The position numbers were made by a program, and so were the translations under genes. The notes under the pieces were generated by a model that did no database searches, had not been told where the DNA came from, and saw only the letters and a list, made by a program, of their open reading frames with translations. From NCBI RefSeq assembly GCF_009914755.1, contig NC_060933.1: a stretch of 64,000 nt of DNA, one strand, 5' to 3'. This DNA comes from the human T2T-CHM13v2.0 reference genome, Homo sapiens. Position 1 is the stretch's first letter. Each line of letters opens with the position of its first letter. Shown here one piece after another: positions 53,178 to 64,000 of this stretch.

Positions 53178-56100
53178 CATTCTCAGAAACTTGTTTGTGA
53201 TGTGTGTATTCAACTAACAGAGATGAACCTTTCTTTTTACAGAGCAGTTTTGAAACACTCTTTTTGTGGAATCTGAAAGTGGATATTTGGATAGCTTTGA
53301 GGATTTCGTTGGAAACGGGATTACATATAAAACCTAGAGAGAAGCATTCTCAGGAACTTCTTTGTGATGTTTGCATTCACGTCACAGAACTGAACATTCC
53401 CTTTCATAGAGCAGGTTTGAAACACTCTTTCTGTAGTATCTGCAAGCTGACGTTTCAAGCGCTTTCAGGCCTATGGTGAGAAAGGAAATATCTTCAAGTA
53501 AAAACTAGACAGAAGCATTCTCAGAAACTTATTTGCCATGTGTGTTCTCAACTAACAGAGTTGAACCTTTGTTTTGATACGGCATTTTGGAAACACTCTT
53601 TTTGTAGAATCTGCAGGTGGATATTCAGATAGCTTTGAAGGTTTCGTTGGAAACGGGAATATCTTCATATAAAATCTAGACGGAAGCATTCTCAGAAACT
53701 GCTTTGTGATGTTTTCATTCAAGTCACAGAGTAGAATGTTCCCTGTTATATACCAGGTTTGAGACACTCTTTCTGCACTACCTGGAAGTGGACGTTTGGA
53801 GCGCTTTGAGGCCTATGTTGAAAAAGGAAATATCTTCCCATAAAAACTAGACAGAAGCATTCTCAGAAACTCGTTTGTGATGTGTGTATTCAACTAACAG
53901 AGATGAACCTTTCTTTTTACAGAGCAGTTTTGAAACACTCTTTTTGTGGAATCTGAAAGTGGATATTTGGATAGCTTTGAGGATTTCGTTGGAAACGGGA
54001 TTACATATAAAATCTAGAGAGAAGCATTCTCAGGAACTTCTTTGTGATGTTTGCATTCACGTCACAGAACTGAACATTCCCTTTCATAGAGCATGTTTGA
54101 AACACTCTTTCTGTAGTATCTGCAAACGGACATTTCATACGCTTTCAGGCCTATGGTGAGAAAGGAAATATCTTCAAGTAAAAACTAGACAGAAGCATTC
54201 TCAGAAACTTATTTGCGATGTGTGTCCTCAACTAACAGAGTTGAACCTTTCTTTTGATACAACATTTTGGAAACACTCTTTTTGTAGAATCTGCAAGTGG
54301 ATATTTGAATAGCTTTGAAGGTTTCGTTGGAAACGGGAATATCTTCATATAAAATCAAGACAGAAGCATTCTCAGAAACTTCTCTTTGATGTTTGCATTC
54401 AACTCATAGAGTTGAACACTTCCCTTCATACAGCAGGTTTGAAACACTCTTTTTGTAATATTTGGAAGTGGACATTTGCAGCGCTTTGAGGCCTATGATG
54501 AAAAAGGTAATATCTTCCCATAAAAACTAGACAGAAGCATTCTCAGAAACTTGTTTGTGATGTGTGTATTCAACTAACAGAGATGAACCTTTCTTTTTAC
54601 AGAGCAGTTTTGAAACACTCTTTTTGTGGAATCTGAAAGTGGATATTTGGATAGCTTTGCGGATTTCGTTGGAAACGGGATTACATATAAAATCTAGGGA
54701 GAAGCATTCTCAGGAACTTCTTTGTGATGTTTGCATTCAAGTCACAGAACTGAACATTCCCTTTCATAGAGCAGGTTTGAAACACTCTTTCTGTAGTATC
54801 TGCAAGCGGACGTTTTAAGCGCTTTCAGGCCTGTGGTGAGAAAGGAAATATCTTCAAATAAAAACTAGACAGAAGCATTCTCAGAAACTTATTTGCGATG
54901 TGTGTCCTCAACTAACAGAGTTGAACCTTTCTTTTGATACAACATTTTGGAAACACTCTTTTTGTAGAATCTGCAAGTGGATATTTGAATAGCTTTGAAG
55001 GTTTCGTTGGAAACGGGAATATCTTCATATAAAATCAAGACAGAAGCATTCTCAGAAACTTCTCTGTGATGTTTGCATTCAACTCATAGAGTTGAACACT
55101 TCCCTTCATACAGCAGGTTTGAAACACTCTTTTTGTAATATTTGGAAGTGGACATTTGCAGCGCTTTGAGGCCTATGATGAAAAAGGTAATATCTTCCCA
55201 TAAAAACTAGACAGAAGTATTCTCAGAAACTTGTTTGTGATGTGTGTATTCAACTAACAGAGATGAACCTTTCTTTTTACAGAGCAGTTTTGAAACACTC
55301 TTTTTGTGGAATCTGAAAGTGGATATTTGGATAGCTTTGCGGATTTCGTTGGAAACGGGATTACATATAAAATCTAGGGAGAAGCATTCTCAGGAACTTC
55401 TTTGTGATGTTTGCATTCAAGTCACAGAACTGAACATTCCCTTTCATAGAGCAGGTTTGAAACACTCTTTCTGTAGTATCTGCAAGCGGACGTTTTAAGC
55501 GCTTTCAGGCCTGTGGTGAGAAAGGAAATATCTTCAAATAAAAACTAGACAGAAGCATTCTCAGAAACTTATTTGCGATGCGTGTCCTCAACTAACAGAG
55601 TTGAACCTTTCTTTTGATACAACATTTTGGAAACACTCTTTTTGTAGAATCTGCAAGTGGATATTTGGATAGCTTTGAAGGTTTCGTTGGAAACGGGAAT
55701 ATCTTCATATGAAATCAAGACAGAAGCATTCTCAGAAACTTCTCTGTGATGTTTGCATTCAACTCATAGAGTTGAACACTTCCCTTCATACAGCAGGTTT
55801 GAAACACTCTTTTTCTAATATTTGGAAGTGGACATTTGCTGCGCTTTGAGGCCTATGTTGAAAAAGGAAATATCTTCTCCTAAAAACCAGACAGAAGCAT
55901 TCTCAGAAACTTCCTTGTGATGTGTGTACTCAAGTAACAGAGTTGAACCTTCCTTTTGACAGAGCAGTTTTGAAGCACTCTTTTTGTAGAATCTGCAAGT
56001 GGATATTTTGATACCTTTGAGGATTTCGTTGGACACGGGATATCTTCATATAAAATCTAGACAGAAGCATTCTCAGAAACTTCTTTGTGCTGTATGTCCT

Positions 56101-59100
56101 CAATTAACAGAGTTGAACCTTTGTGTGGATACAGCATTTTGGAAACATTCCTTTAGTAGAATCTGCAAGTTGATATTTAGATAGCTAGGAAGATTTCCTT
56201 GGAAACGGGAATATCTTCATATAAAATCTAGACGGAAGCATTCTCAGAAAGTGCTTTGTGATGTTTGCATTCAAGTCACAGAGTTGAATATTCCCTTTTA
56301 TAGAGCAGGTTTGAAACACTCTTTCTGCACTACCTGGAAGTGGACATTTGGAGCGCTTTGAGGCCTATGTTGAAAAAGGAAATATCTTCCCATAAAAACT
56401 AGACAGAAGCATTCTCAGAAACTTGTTTGTGATGTGTGTATTCAACTAACAGAGATGAACCTTTCTTTTTACAGAGCAGTTTTGAAACACTGTTTTTGTG
56501 GAATCTGAAAGTGGATATTTGGATAGCTTTGAGGATTTCGTTGGAAACGGGATTACATATAAAACCTAGAGAGAAGCATTCTCAGGAACTTCTTTGTGAT
56601 GTTTGCCTTCAAGTCACAGGACTGAACATTCCCTTTCATAGAGCAGGTTTGAAACACTCTTTCTGTAGTATCTGCAAGCTGACGTTTCAAGCGCTTTCAG
56701 GCCTATGGTGAGAAAGGAAATATCTTCAAGTAAAAACTAGACAGAAGCATTCTCAGAAACTTATTTGCCATGTGTGTTCTCAACTAACAGAGTTGAACCT
56801 TTGTTTTGATACGGCATTTTGGAAACACTCTTTTTGTAGAATCTGCAGGTGGATATTCGGATAGCTTTGAAGGTTTCGTTGGAAACGGGAATATCTTCAT
56901 ATAAAATCTAGACGGAAGCATTCTCAGAAACTGCTTTGTGATGTTTTCATTCAAGTCACAGAGTAGAATGTTCCCTGTTATATACCAGGTTTGAGACACT
57001 CTTTCTGCACTACCTGGAAGTGGACGTTTGGAGCGCTTTGAGGCCTATGTTGAAAAAGGAAATATCTTCCCATAAAAACTAGACAGAAGCATTCTCAGAA
57101 ACTTGTTTGTGATGTGTGTATTCAACTAACAGAGATGAACCTTTCTTTTTACAGAGCAGTTTTGAAACACTCTTTTTGTGGAATCTGAAAGTGGATATTT
57201 GGATAGCTTTGAGGATTTCGTTGGAAACGGGATTACATATAAAATCTAGAGAGAAGCATTCTCAGGAACTTCTTTGTGATGTTTGCATTCACGTCACAGA
57301 ACTGAACATTCCCTTTCATAGAGCATGTTTGAAACACTCTTTCTGTAGTATCTGCAAACGGACATTTCAAACGCTTTCAGGCCTATGGTGAGAAAGGAAA
57401 TATCTTCAAGTAAAAACTAGACAGAAGCATTCTCAGAAACTTATTTGCGATGTGTGTCCTCAACTAACAGAGTTGAACCTTTCTTTTGATACAACATTTT
57501 GGAAACACTCTTTTTGTAGAATCAGCAAGTGGATATTTGAATAGCTTTGAAGGTTTCGTTGGAAACGGGAATATCTTCATATAAAATCAAGACAGAAGCA
57601 TTCTCAGAAACTTCTCTGTGATGTTTGCATTCAACTCATAGAGTTGAACACTTCCCTTCATACAGCAGGGTTGAAACACTCTTTTTGTAATATTTGGAAG
57701 TGGACATTTGCAGCGCTTTGAGGCCTATGATGAAAAAGGTAATATCTTCCCATAAAAACTAGACAGAAGCATTCTCAGAAACTTGTTTGTGATGTGTGTA
57801 TTCAACTAACAGAGATGAACCTTTCTTTTTACAGAGCAGTTTTGAAACACTCTTTTTGTGGAATCTGAAAGTGGATATTTGGATAGCTTTGAGGATTTCG
57901 TTGGAAACGGGATTACATATAAAATCTAGGGAGAAGCATTCTCAGGAACTTCTTTGTGATGTTTGCATTCAAGTCACAGAACTGAACATTCCCTTTCATA
58001 GAGCAGGTTTGAAACACTCTTTCTGTAGTATCTGCAAGCGGACGTTTTAAGCGCTTTCAGGCCTGTGGTGAGAAAGGAAATATCTTCAAATAAAAACTAG
58101 ACAGAAGCATTCTCAGAAACTTATTTGCGATGTGTGTCCTCAACTAACAGAGTTGAACCTTTCTTTTGATACAACATTTTGGAAACACTCTTTTTGTAGA
58201 ATCTGCAAGTGGATATTTGAATAGCTTTGAAGGTTTCGTTGGAAACGGGAATATCTTCATATAAAATCAAGACAGAAGCATTCTCAGAAACTTCTCTGTG
58301 ATGTTTGCATTCAACTCATAGAGTTGAACACTTCCCTTCATACAGCAGGTTTGAAACACTCTTTTTGTAATATTTGGAAGTGGACATTTGCAGCGCTTTG
58401 AGGCCTATGATGAAAAAGGTAATATCTTCCCATAAAAACTAGACAGAAGCATTCTCAGAAACTTGTTTGTGATGTGTGTATTCAACTAACAGAGATGAAC
58501 CTTTCTTTTTACAGAGCAGTTTTGAAACACTCTTTTTGTGGAATCTGAAAGTGGATATTTGGATAGCTTTGCGGATTTCGTTGGAAACGGGATTACATAT
58601 AAAATCTAGGGAGAAGCATTCTCAGGAACTTCTTTGTGATGTTTGCATTCAAGTCACAGAACTGAACATTCCCTTTCATAGAGCAGGTTTGAAACACTCT
58701 TTCTGTAGTATCTGCAAGCGGACGTTTTAAGCGCTTTCAGGCCTGTGGTGAGAAAGGAAATATCTTCAAATAAAAACTAGACAGAAGCATTCTCAGAAAC
58801 TTATTTGCGATGTGTGTCCTCAACTAACAGAGTTGAACCTTTCTTTTGATACAACATTTTGGAAACACTCTTTTTGTAGAATCTGCAAGTGGATATTTGG
58901 ATAGCTTTGAAGGTTTCGTTGGAAACGGGAATATCTTCATATGAAATCAAGACAGAAGCATTCTCAGAAACTTCTCTGTGATGTTTGCATTCAACTCATA
59001 GAGTTGAACACTTCCCTTCATACAGCAGGTTTGAAACACTCTTTTTCTAATATTTGGAAGTGGACATTTGCAGCGCTTTGAGGCCTATGTTGAAAAAGGA

Positions 59101-59641
59101 AATATCTTCTCCTAAAAACCAGACAGAAGCATTCTCAGAAACTTCCTTGTGATGTGTGTACTCAAGTAACAGAGTTGAACCTTCCTTTTGACAGAGCAGT
59201 TTTGAAGCACTCTTTTTGTAGAATCTGCAAGTGGATATTTTGATACCTTTGAGGATTTCGTTGGACACGGGATATCTTCATATAAAATCTAGACAGAAGC
59301 ATTCTCAGAAACTTCTTTGTGCTGTATGTCCTCAATTAACAGAGTTGAACCTTTGTGTGGATACAGCATTTTGGAAACATTCCTTTAGTAGAATCTGCAA
59401 GTTGATATTTAGATAGCTAGGAAGATTTCCTTGGAAACGGGAATATCTTCATATAAAATCTAGACGGAAGCATTCTCAGAAAGTGCTTTGTGATGTTTGC
59501 ATTCAAGTCACAGAGTTGAATATTCCCTTTTATAGAGCAGGTTTGAAACACTCTTTCTGCACTACCTGGAAGTGGACATTTGGAGCGCTTTGAGGCCTAT
59601 GTTGAAAAACGAAATATCTTCCCATAAAAACTAGACAGAAG
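53178..59641 (+). repeat. HORs U24 and U25: two 19-mers A-B-(C/B hybrid)-C-T (boundary 56409/56410)
   Basis: Spacing 53204->56436->59668 (3232 each). Confidence 0.9.
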
Positions 59642-62190
59642 CATTCTCAGAAACTTGTTTGTGATGTGTGTATTCAACTAACAGAGATGAACCTTTCTTT
59701 TTACAGAGCAGTTTTGAAACACTCTTTTTGTGGAATCTGAAAGTGGATATTTGGATAGCTTTGAGGATTTCGTTGGAAACGGGATTACATATAAAACCTA
59801 GAGAGAAGCATTCTCAGGAACTTCTTTGTGATGTTTGCCTTCAAGTCACAGGACTGAACATTCCCTTTCATAGAGCAGGTTTGAAACACTCTTTCTGTAG
59901 TATCTGCAAGCTGACGTTTCAAGCGCTTTCAGGCCTATGGTGAGAAAGGAAATATCTTCAAGTAAAAACTAGACAGAAGCATTCTCAGAAACTTATTTGC
60001 CATGTGTGTTCTCAACTAACAGAGTTGAACCTTTGTTTTGATACGGCATTTTGGAAACACTCTTTTTGTAGAATCTGCAGGTGGATATTCGGATAGCTTT
60101 GAAGGTTTCGTTGGAAACGGGAATATCTTCATATAAAATCTAGACGGAAGCATTCTCAGAAACTGCTTTGTGATGTTTTCATTCAAGTCACAGAGTAGAA
60201 TGTTCCCTGTTATATACCAGGTTTGAGACACTCTTTCTGCACTACCCGGAAGTGGACGTTTGGAGCGCTTTGAGGCCTATGTTGAAAAAGGAAATATCTT
60301 CCCATAAAAACTAGACAGAAGCATTCTCAGAAACTTGTTTGTGATGTGTGTATTCAACTAACAGAGATGAACCTTTCTTTTTACAGAGCAGTTTTGAAAC
60401 ACTCTTTTTGTGGAATCTGAAAGTGGATATTTGGATAGCTTTGAGGATTTCGTTGGAAACGGGATTACATATAAAATCTAGAGAGAAGCATTCTCAGGAA
60501 CTTCTTTGTGATGTTTGCATTCACGTCACAGAACTGAACATTCCCTTTCATAGAGCATGTTTGAAACACTCTTTCTGTAGTATCTGCAAACGGACATTTC
60601 AAACGCTTTCAGGCCTATGGTGAGAAAGGAAATATCTTCAAGTAAAAACTAGACAGAAGCATTCTCAGAAACTTATTTGCGATGTGTGTCCTCAACTAAC
60701 AGAGTTGAACCTTTCTTTTGATACAACATTTTGGAAACACTCTTTTTGTAGAATCTGCAAGTGGATATTTGAATAGCTTTGAAGGTTTCGTTGGAAACGG
60801 GAATATCTTCATATAAAATCAAGACAGAAGCATTCTCAGAAACTTCTCTGTGATGTTTGCATTCAACTCATAGAGTTGAACACTTCCCTTCATACAGCAG
60901 GTTTGAAACACTCTTTTTGTAATATTTGGAAGTGGACATTTGCAGCGCTTTGAGGCCTATGATGAAAAAGGTAATATCTTCCCATAAAAACTAGACAGAA
61001 GCATTCTCAGAAACTTGTTTGTGATGTGTGTATTCAACTAACAGAGATGAACCTTTCTTTTTACAGAGCAGTTTTGAAACACTCTTTTTGTGGAATCTGA
61101 AAGTGGATATTTGGATAGCTTTGCGGATTTCGTTGGAAACGGGATTACATATAAAATCTAGGGAGAAGCATTCTCAGGAACTTCTTTGTGATGTTTGCAT
61201 TCAAGTCACAGAACTGAACATTCCCTTTCATAGAGCAGGTTTGAAACACTCTTTCTGTAGTATCTGCAAGCGGACGTTTTAAGCGCTTTCAGGCCTGTGG
61301 TGAGAAAGGAAATATCTTCAAATAAAAACTAGACAGAAGCATTCTCAGAAACTTATTTGCGATGTGTGTCCTCAACTAACAGAGTTGAACCTTTCTTTTG
61401 ATACAACATTTTGGAAACACTCTTTTTGTAGAATCTGCAAGTGGATATTTGGATAGCTTTGAAGGTTTCGTTGGAAACGGGAATATCTTCATATGAAATC
61501 AAGACAGAAGCATTCTCAGAAACTTCTCTGTGATGTTTGCATTCAACTCATAGAGTTGAACACTTCCCTTCATACAGCAGGTTTGAAACACTCTTTTTGT
61601 AATATTTGGAAGTGGACATTTGCAGCGCTTTGAGGCCTATGTTGAAAAAGGAAATATCTTCTAAAAACCAGACAGAAGCATTCTCAGAAACTTCCTTGTG
61701 ATGTGTGTACTCAAGTAACAGAGTTGAACCTTCCTTTTGACAGAGCAGTTTTGAAGCACTCTTTTTGTAGAATCTGCAAGTGGATATTTTGATACCTTTG
61801 AGGATTTCGTTGGACACGGGATATCTTCATATAAAATCTAGACAGAAGCATTCTCAGAAACTTCTTTGTGCTGTATGTCCTCAATTAACAGAGTTGAACC
61901 TTTGTGTGGATACAGCATTTTGGAAACATTCCTTTAGTAGAATCTGCAAGTTGATATTTAGATAGCTAGGAAGATTTCCTTGGAAACGGGAATATCTTCA
62001 TATAAAATCTAGACGGAAGCATTCTCAGAAAGTGCTTTGTGATGTTTGCATTCAAGTCACAGAGTTGAATATTCCCTTTTATAGAGCAGGTTTGAAACAC
62101 TCTTTCTGCACTACCCGGAAGTGGACATTTGGAGTGCTTTGAGGCCTATGTTGAAAAAGGAAATATCTTCCCATAAAAACTAGACAGAAG
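59642..62190 (+). repeat. HOR U26: 15-mer with 3-bp deletion, 2549 bp
   Basis: Spacing 59668->62217; deletion at ~61662. Confidence 0.9.
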
Positions 62191-63382
62191 CATTCTCAGA
62201 AACTTGTTTGTGATGTGTGTATTCAACTAACAGAGATGAACCTTTCTTTTTACAGAGCAGTTTTGAAACACTCTTTTTGTGGAATCTGAAAGTGGATATT
62301 TGGATAGCTTTGAGGATTTCGTTGGAAACGGGATTACATATAAAATCTAGAGAGAAGCATTCTCAGGAACTTCTTTGTGATGTTTGCATTCACGTCACAG
62401 AACTGAACATTCCCTTTCATAGAGCATGTTTGAAACACTCTTTCTGTAGTATCTGCAAACGGACATTTCAAACGCTTTCAGGCCTATGGTGAGAAAGGAA
62501 ATATCTTCAAGTAAAAACTAGACAGAAGCATTCTCAGAAACTTATTTGCGATGTGTGTCCTCAACTAACAGAGTTGAACCTTTCTTTTGATACAACATTT
62601 TGGAAACACTCTTTTTGTAGAATCAGCAAGTGGATATTTGAATAGCTTTGAAGGTTTCGTTGGAAACGGGAATATCTTCATATAAAATCAAGACAGAAGC
62701 ATTCTCAGAAACTTCTCTGTGATGTTTGCATTCAACTCATAGAGTTGAACACTTCCCTTCATACAGCAGGTTTGAAACACTCTTTTTGTAATATTTGGAA
62801 GTGGACATTTGCAGCGCTTTGAGGCCTATGTTGAAAAAGGAAATATCTTCTCCTAAAAACCAGACAGAAGCATTCTCAGAAACTTCCTTGTGATGTGTGT
62901 ACTCAAGTAACAGAGTTGAACCTTCGTTTTGACAGAGCAGTTTTGAAGCACTCTTTTTGTAGAATCTGCAAGTGGATATTTTGATACCTTTGAGGATTTC
63001 GTTGGACACGGGATATCTTCATATAAAATCTAGACAGAAGCATTCTCAGAAACTTCTTTGTGCTGTATGTCCTCAATTAACAGAGTTGAACCTTTGTGTG
63101 GATACAGCATTTTGGAAACATTCCTTTAGTAGAATCTGCAAGTTGATATTTAGATAGCTAGGAAGATTTCCTTGGAAACGGGAATATCTTCATATAAAAT
63201 CTAGACGGAAGCATTCTCAGAAAGTGCTTTGTGATGTTTGCATTCAAGTCACAGAGTTGAATATTCCCTTTTATAGAGCAGGTTTGAAACACTCTTTCTG
63301 CACTACCTGGAAGTGGACATTTGGAGCGCTTTGAGGCCTATGTTGAAAAAGGAAATATCTTCCCATAAAAACTAGACAGAAG
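62191..63382 (+). repeat. HOR U27: 7-mer (B/C hybrid)-T, 1192 bp
   Basis: Spacing 62217->63409; single tetramer before the trimer. Confidence 0.9.
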
Positions 63383-64000
63383 CATTCTCAGAAACTTGTT
63401 TGTGATGTGTGTATTCAACTAACAGAGATGAACCTTTCTTTTTACAGAGCAGTTTTGAAACACTGTTTTTGTGGAATCTGAAAGTGGATATTTGGATAGC
63501 TTTGAGGATTTCGTTGGAAACGGGATTACATATAAAACCTAGAGAGAAGCATTCTCAGGAACTTCTTTGTGATGTTTGCATTCACGTCACAGAACTGAAC
63601 ATTCCCTTTCATAGAGCATGTTTGAAACACTCTTTCTGTAGTATCTGCAAACGGACATTTCAAACGCTTTCAGGCCTATGGTGAGAAAGGAAATATCTTC
63701 AAGTAAAAACTAGACAGAAGCATTCTCAGAAACTTATTTGCGATGTGTGTCCTCAACTAACAGAGTTGAACCTTTCTTTTGATACAACATTTTGGAAACA
63801 CTCTTTTTGTAGAATCTGCAAGTGGATATTTGAATAGCTTTGAAGGTTTCGTTGGAAACGGGAATATCTTCATATAAAATCAAGACAGAAGCATTCTCAG
63901 AAACTTCTCTTTGATGTTTGCATTCAACTCATAGAGTTGAACACTTCCCTTCATACAGCAGGTTTGAAACACTCTTTTTGTAATATTTGGAAGTGGACAT
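63383..64000 (+). repeat. HOR U28: partial, A monomer 1 / B remainder
   Basis: AAAACCTAG at ~63538 followed by B-type monomers; truncated by window end. Confidence 0.85.

Larger units (their letters stand above)
1..64000 (+). repeat. Centromeric alpha-satellite higher-order repeat array (SF2-type dimeric, homogeneous/live-type HOR; tentatively human chr9 D9Z4/S2C9H1L)
   Basis: ~171-bp periodicity of CATTCTCAGAAAC...CTAGACAGAAG throughout; CENP-B box TTTCGTTGGAAACGGGA in alternate monomers; near-identical multi-kb copies (identical ORF translations recur at 680/1872/2552-bp spacing). Family call is certain; chromosome assignment is only recall of 7/11/15-mer SF2 arrays (about 0.6). Confidence 0.99.

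Noticed and set aside
17-63684. Over 130 short ORFs (61-113 aa; MYSTNRDE..., MSNEILKG..., MDILIPLR..., MSQTWYIT...)
   Set aside because: They are translations of alpha-satellite monomers, mostly from non-ATG starts, recurring with the repeat period and gained or lost by single SNPs. I recognise no protein domain or gene structure.
1-64000. CRISPR-like regular recurrence of AGACAGAAGCATTCTCAGAAAC
   Set aside because: Intervening sequences are homologous ~150-bp monomer bodies, not unique spacers, and there are no cas genes.
1-64000. Transposon insertion (L1/Alu), inversion or non-satellite island
   Set aside because: All marker spacings are accounted for by 680n+512 (minus 3) bp, CENP-B boxes stay on one strand, and I saw no poly-A tails or foreign sequence.
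1-64000. Idea that the order of 7/11/15/19-mers encodes information or a long-range period
   Set aside because: Apart from the 6290-bp duplication I see no regular period. The order is adequately explained by local duplication and unequal exchange.

Overview
The whole 64 kb window is uninterrupted primate (almost certainly human) centromeric alpha-satellite DNA. It consists of ~171-bp monomers in one head-to-tail orientation, with CENP-B-box monomers alternating with pJ-alpha-type monomers (suprachromosomal family 2 style). The higher-order repeat (HOR) is built from 680-bp tetramers (my labels A, B, C; monomers 167+171+171+171 bp) closed by one 512-bp trimer (T; 170+171+171 bp). HOR lengths therefore follow 4n+3 monomers. 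Among 26 complete units there are thirteen 15-mers (2552/2549 bp), nine 11-mers (1872/1869 bp), three 19-mers (3232 bp) and one 7-mer (1192 bp). My best guess from recall, not verified, is the chromosome 9 live array (D9Z4/S2C9H1L). I see no genes, RNA genes, transposons, inversions or CRISPR, and the ORF track is a by-product of the repeat. I found no novel biological system. What merits a second look is the array's evolutionary record: hybrid tetramers, SNPs that track HOR length, out-of-phase local duplications, a 6.29-kb super-repeat, long-range shared variants and clustered CENP-B box losses. All variant calls were made by eye and need confirming by alignment.
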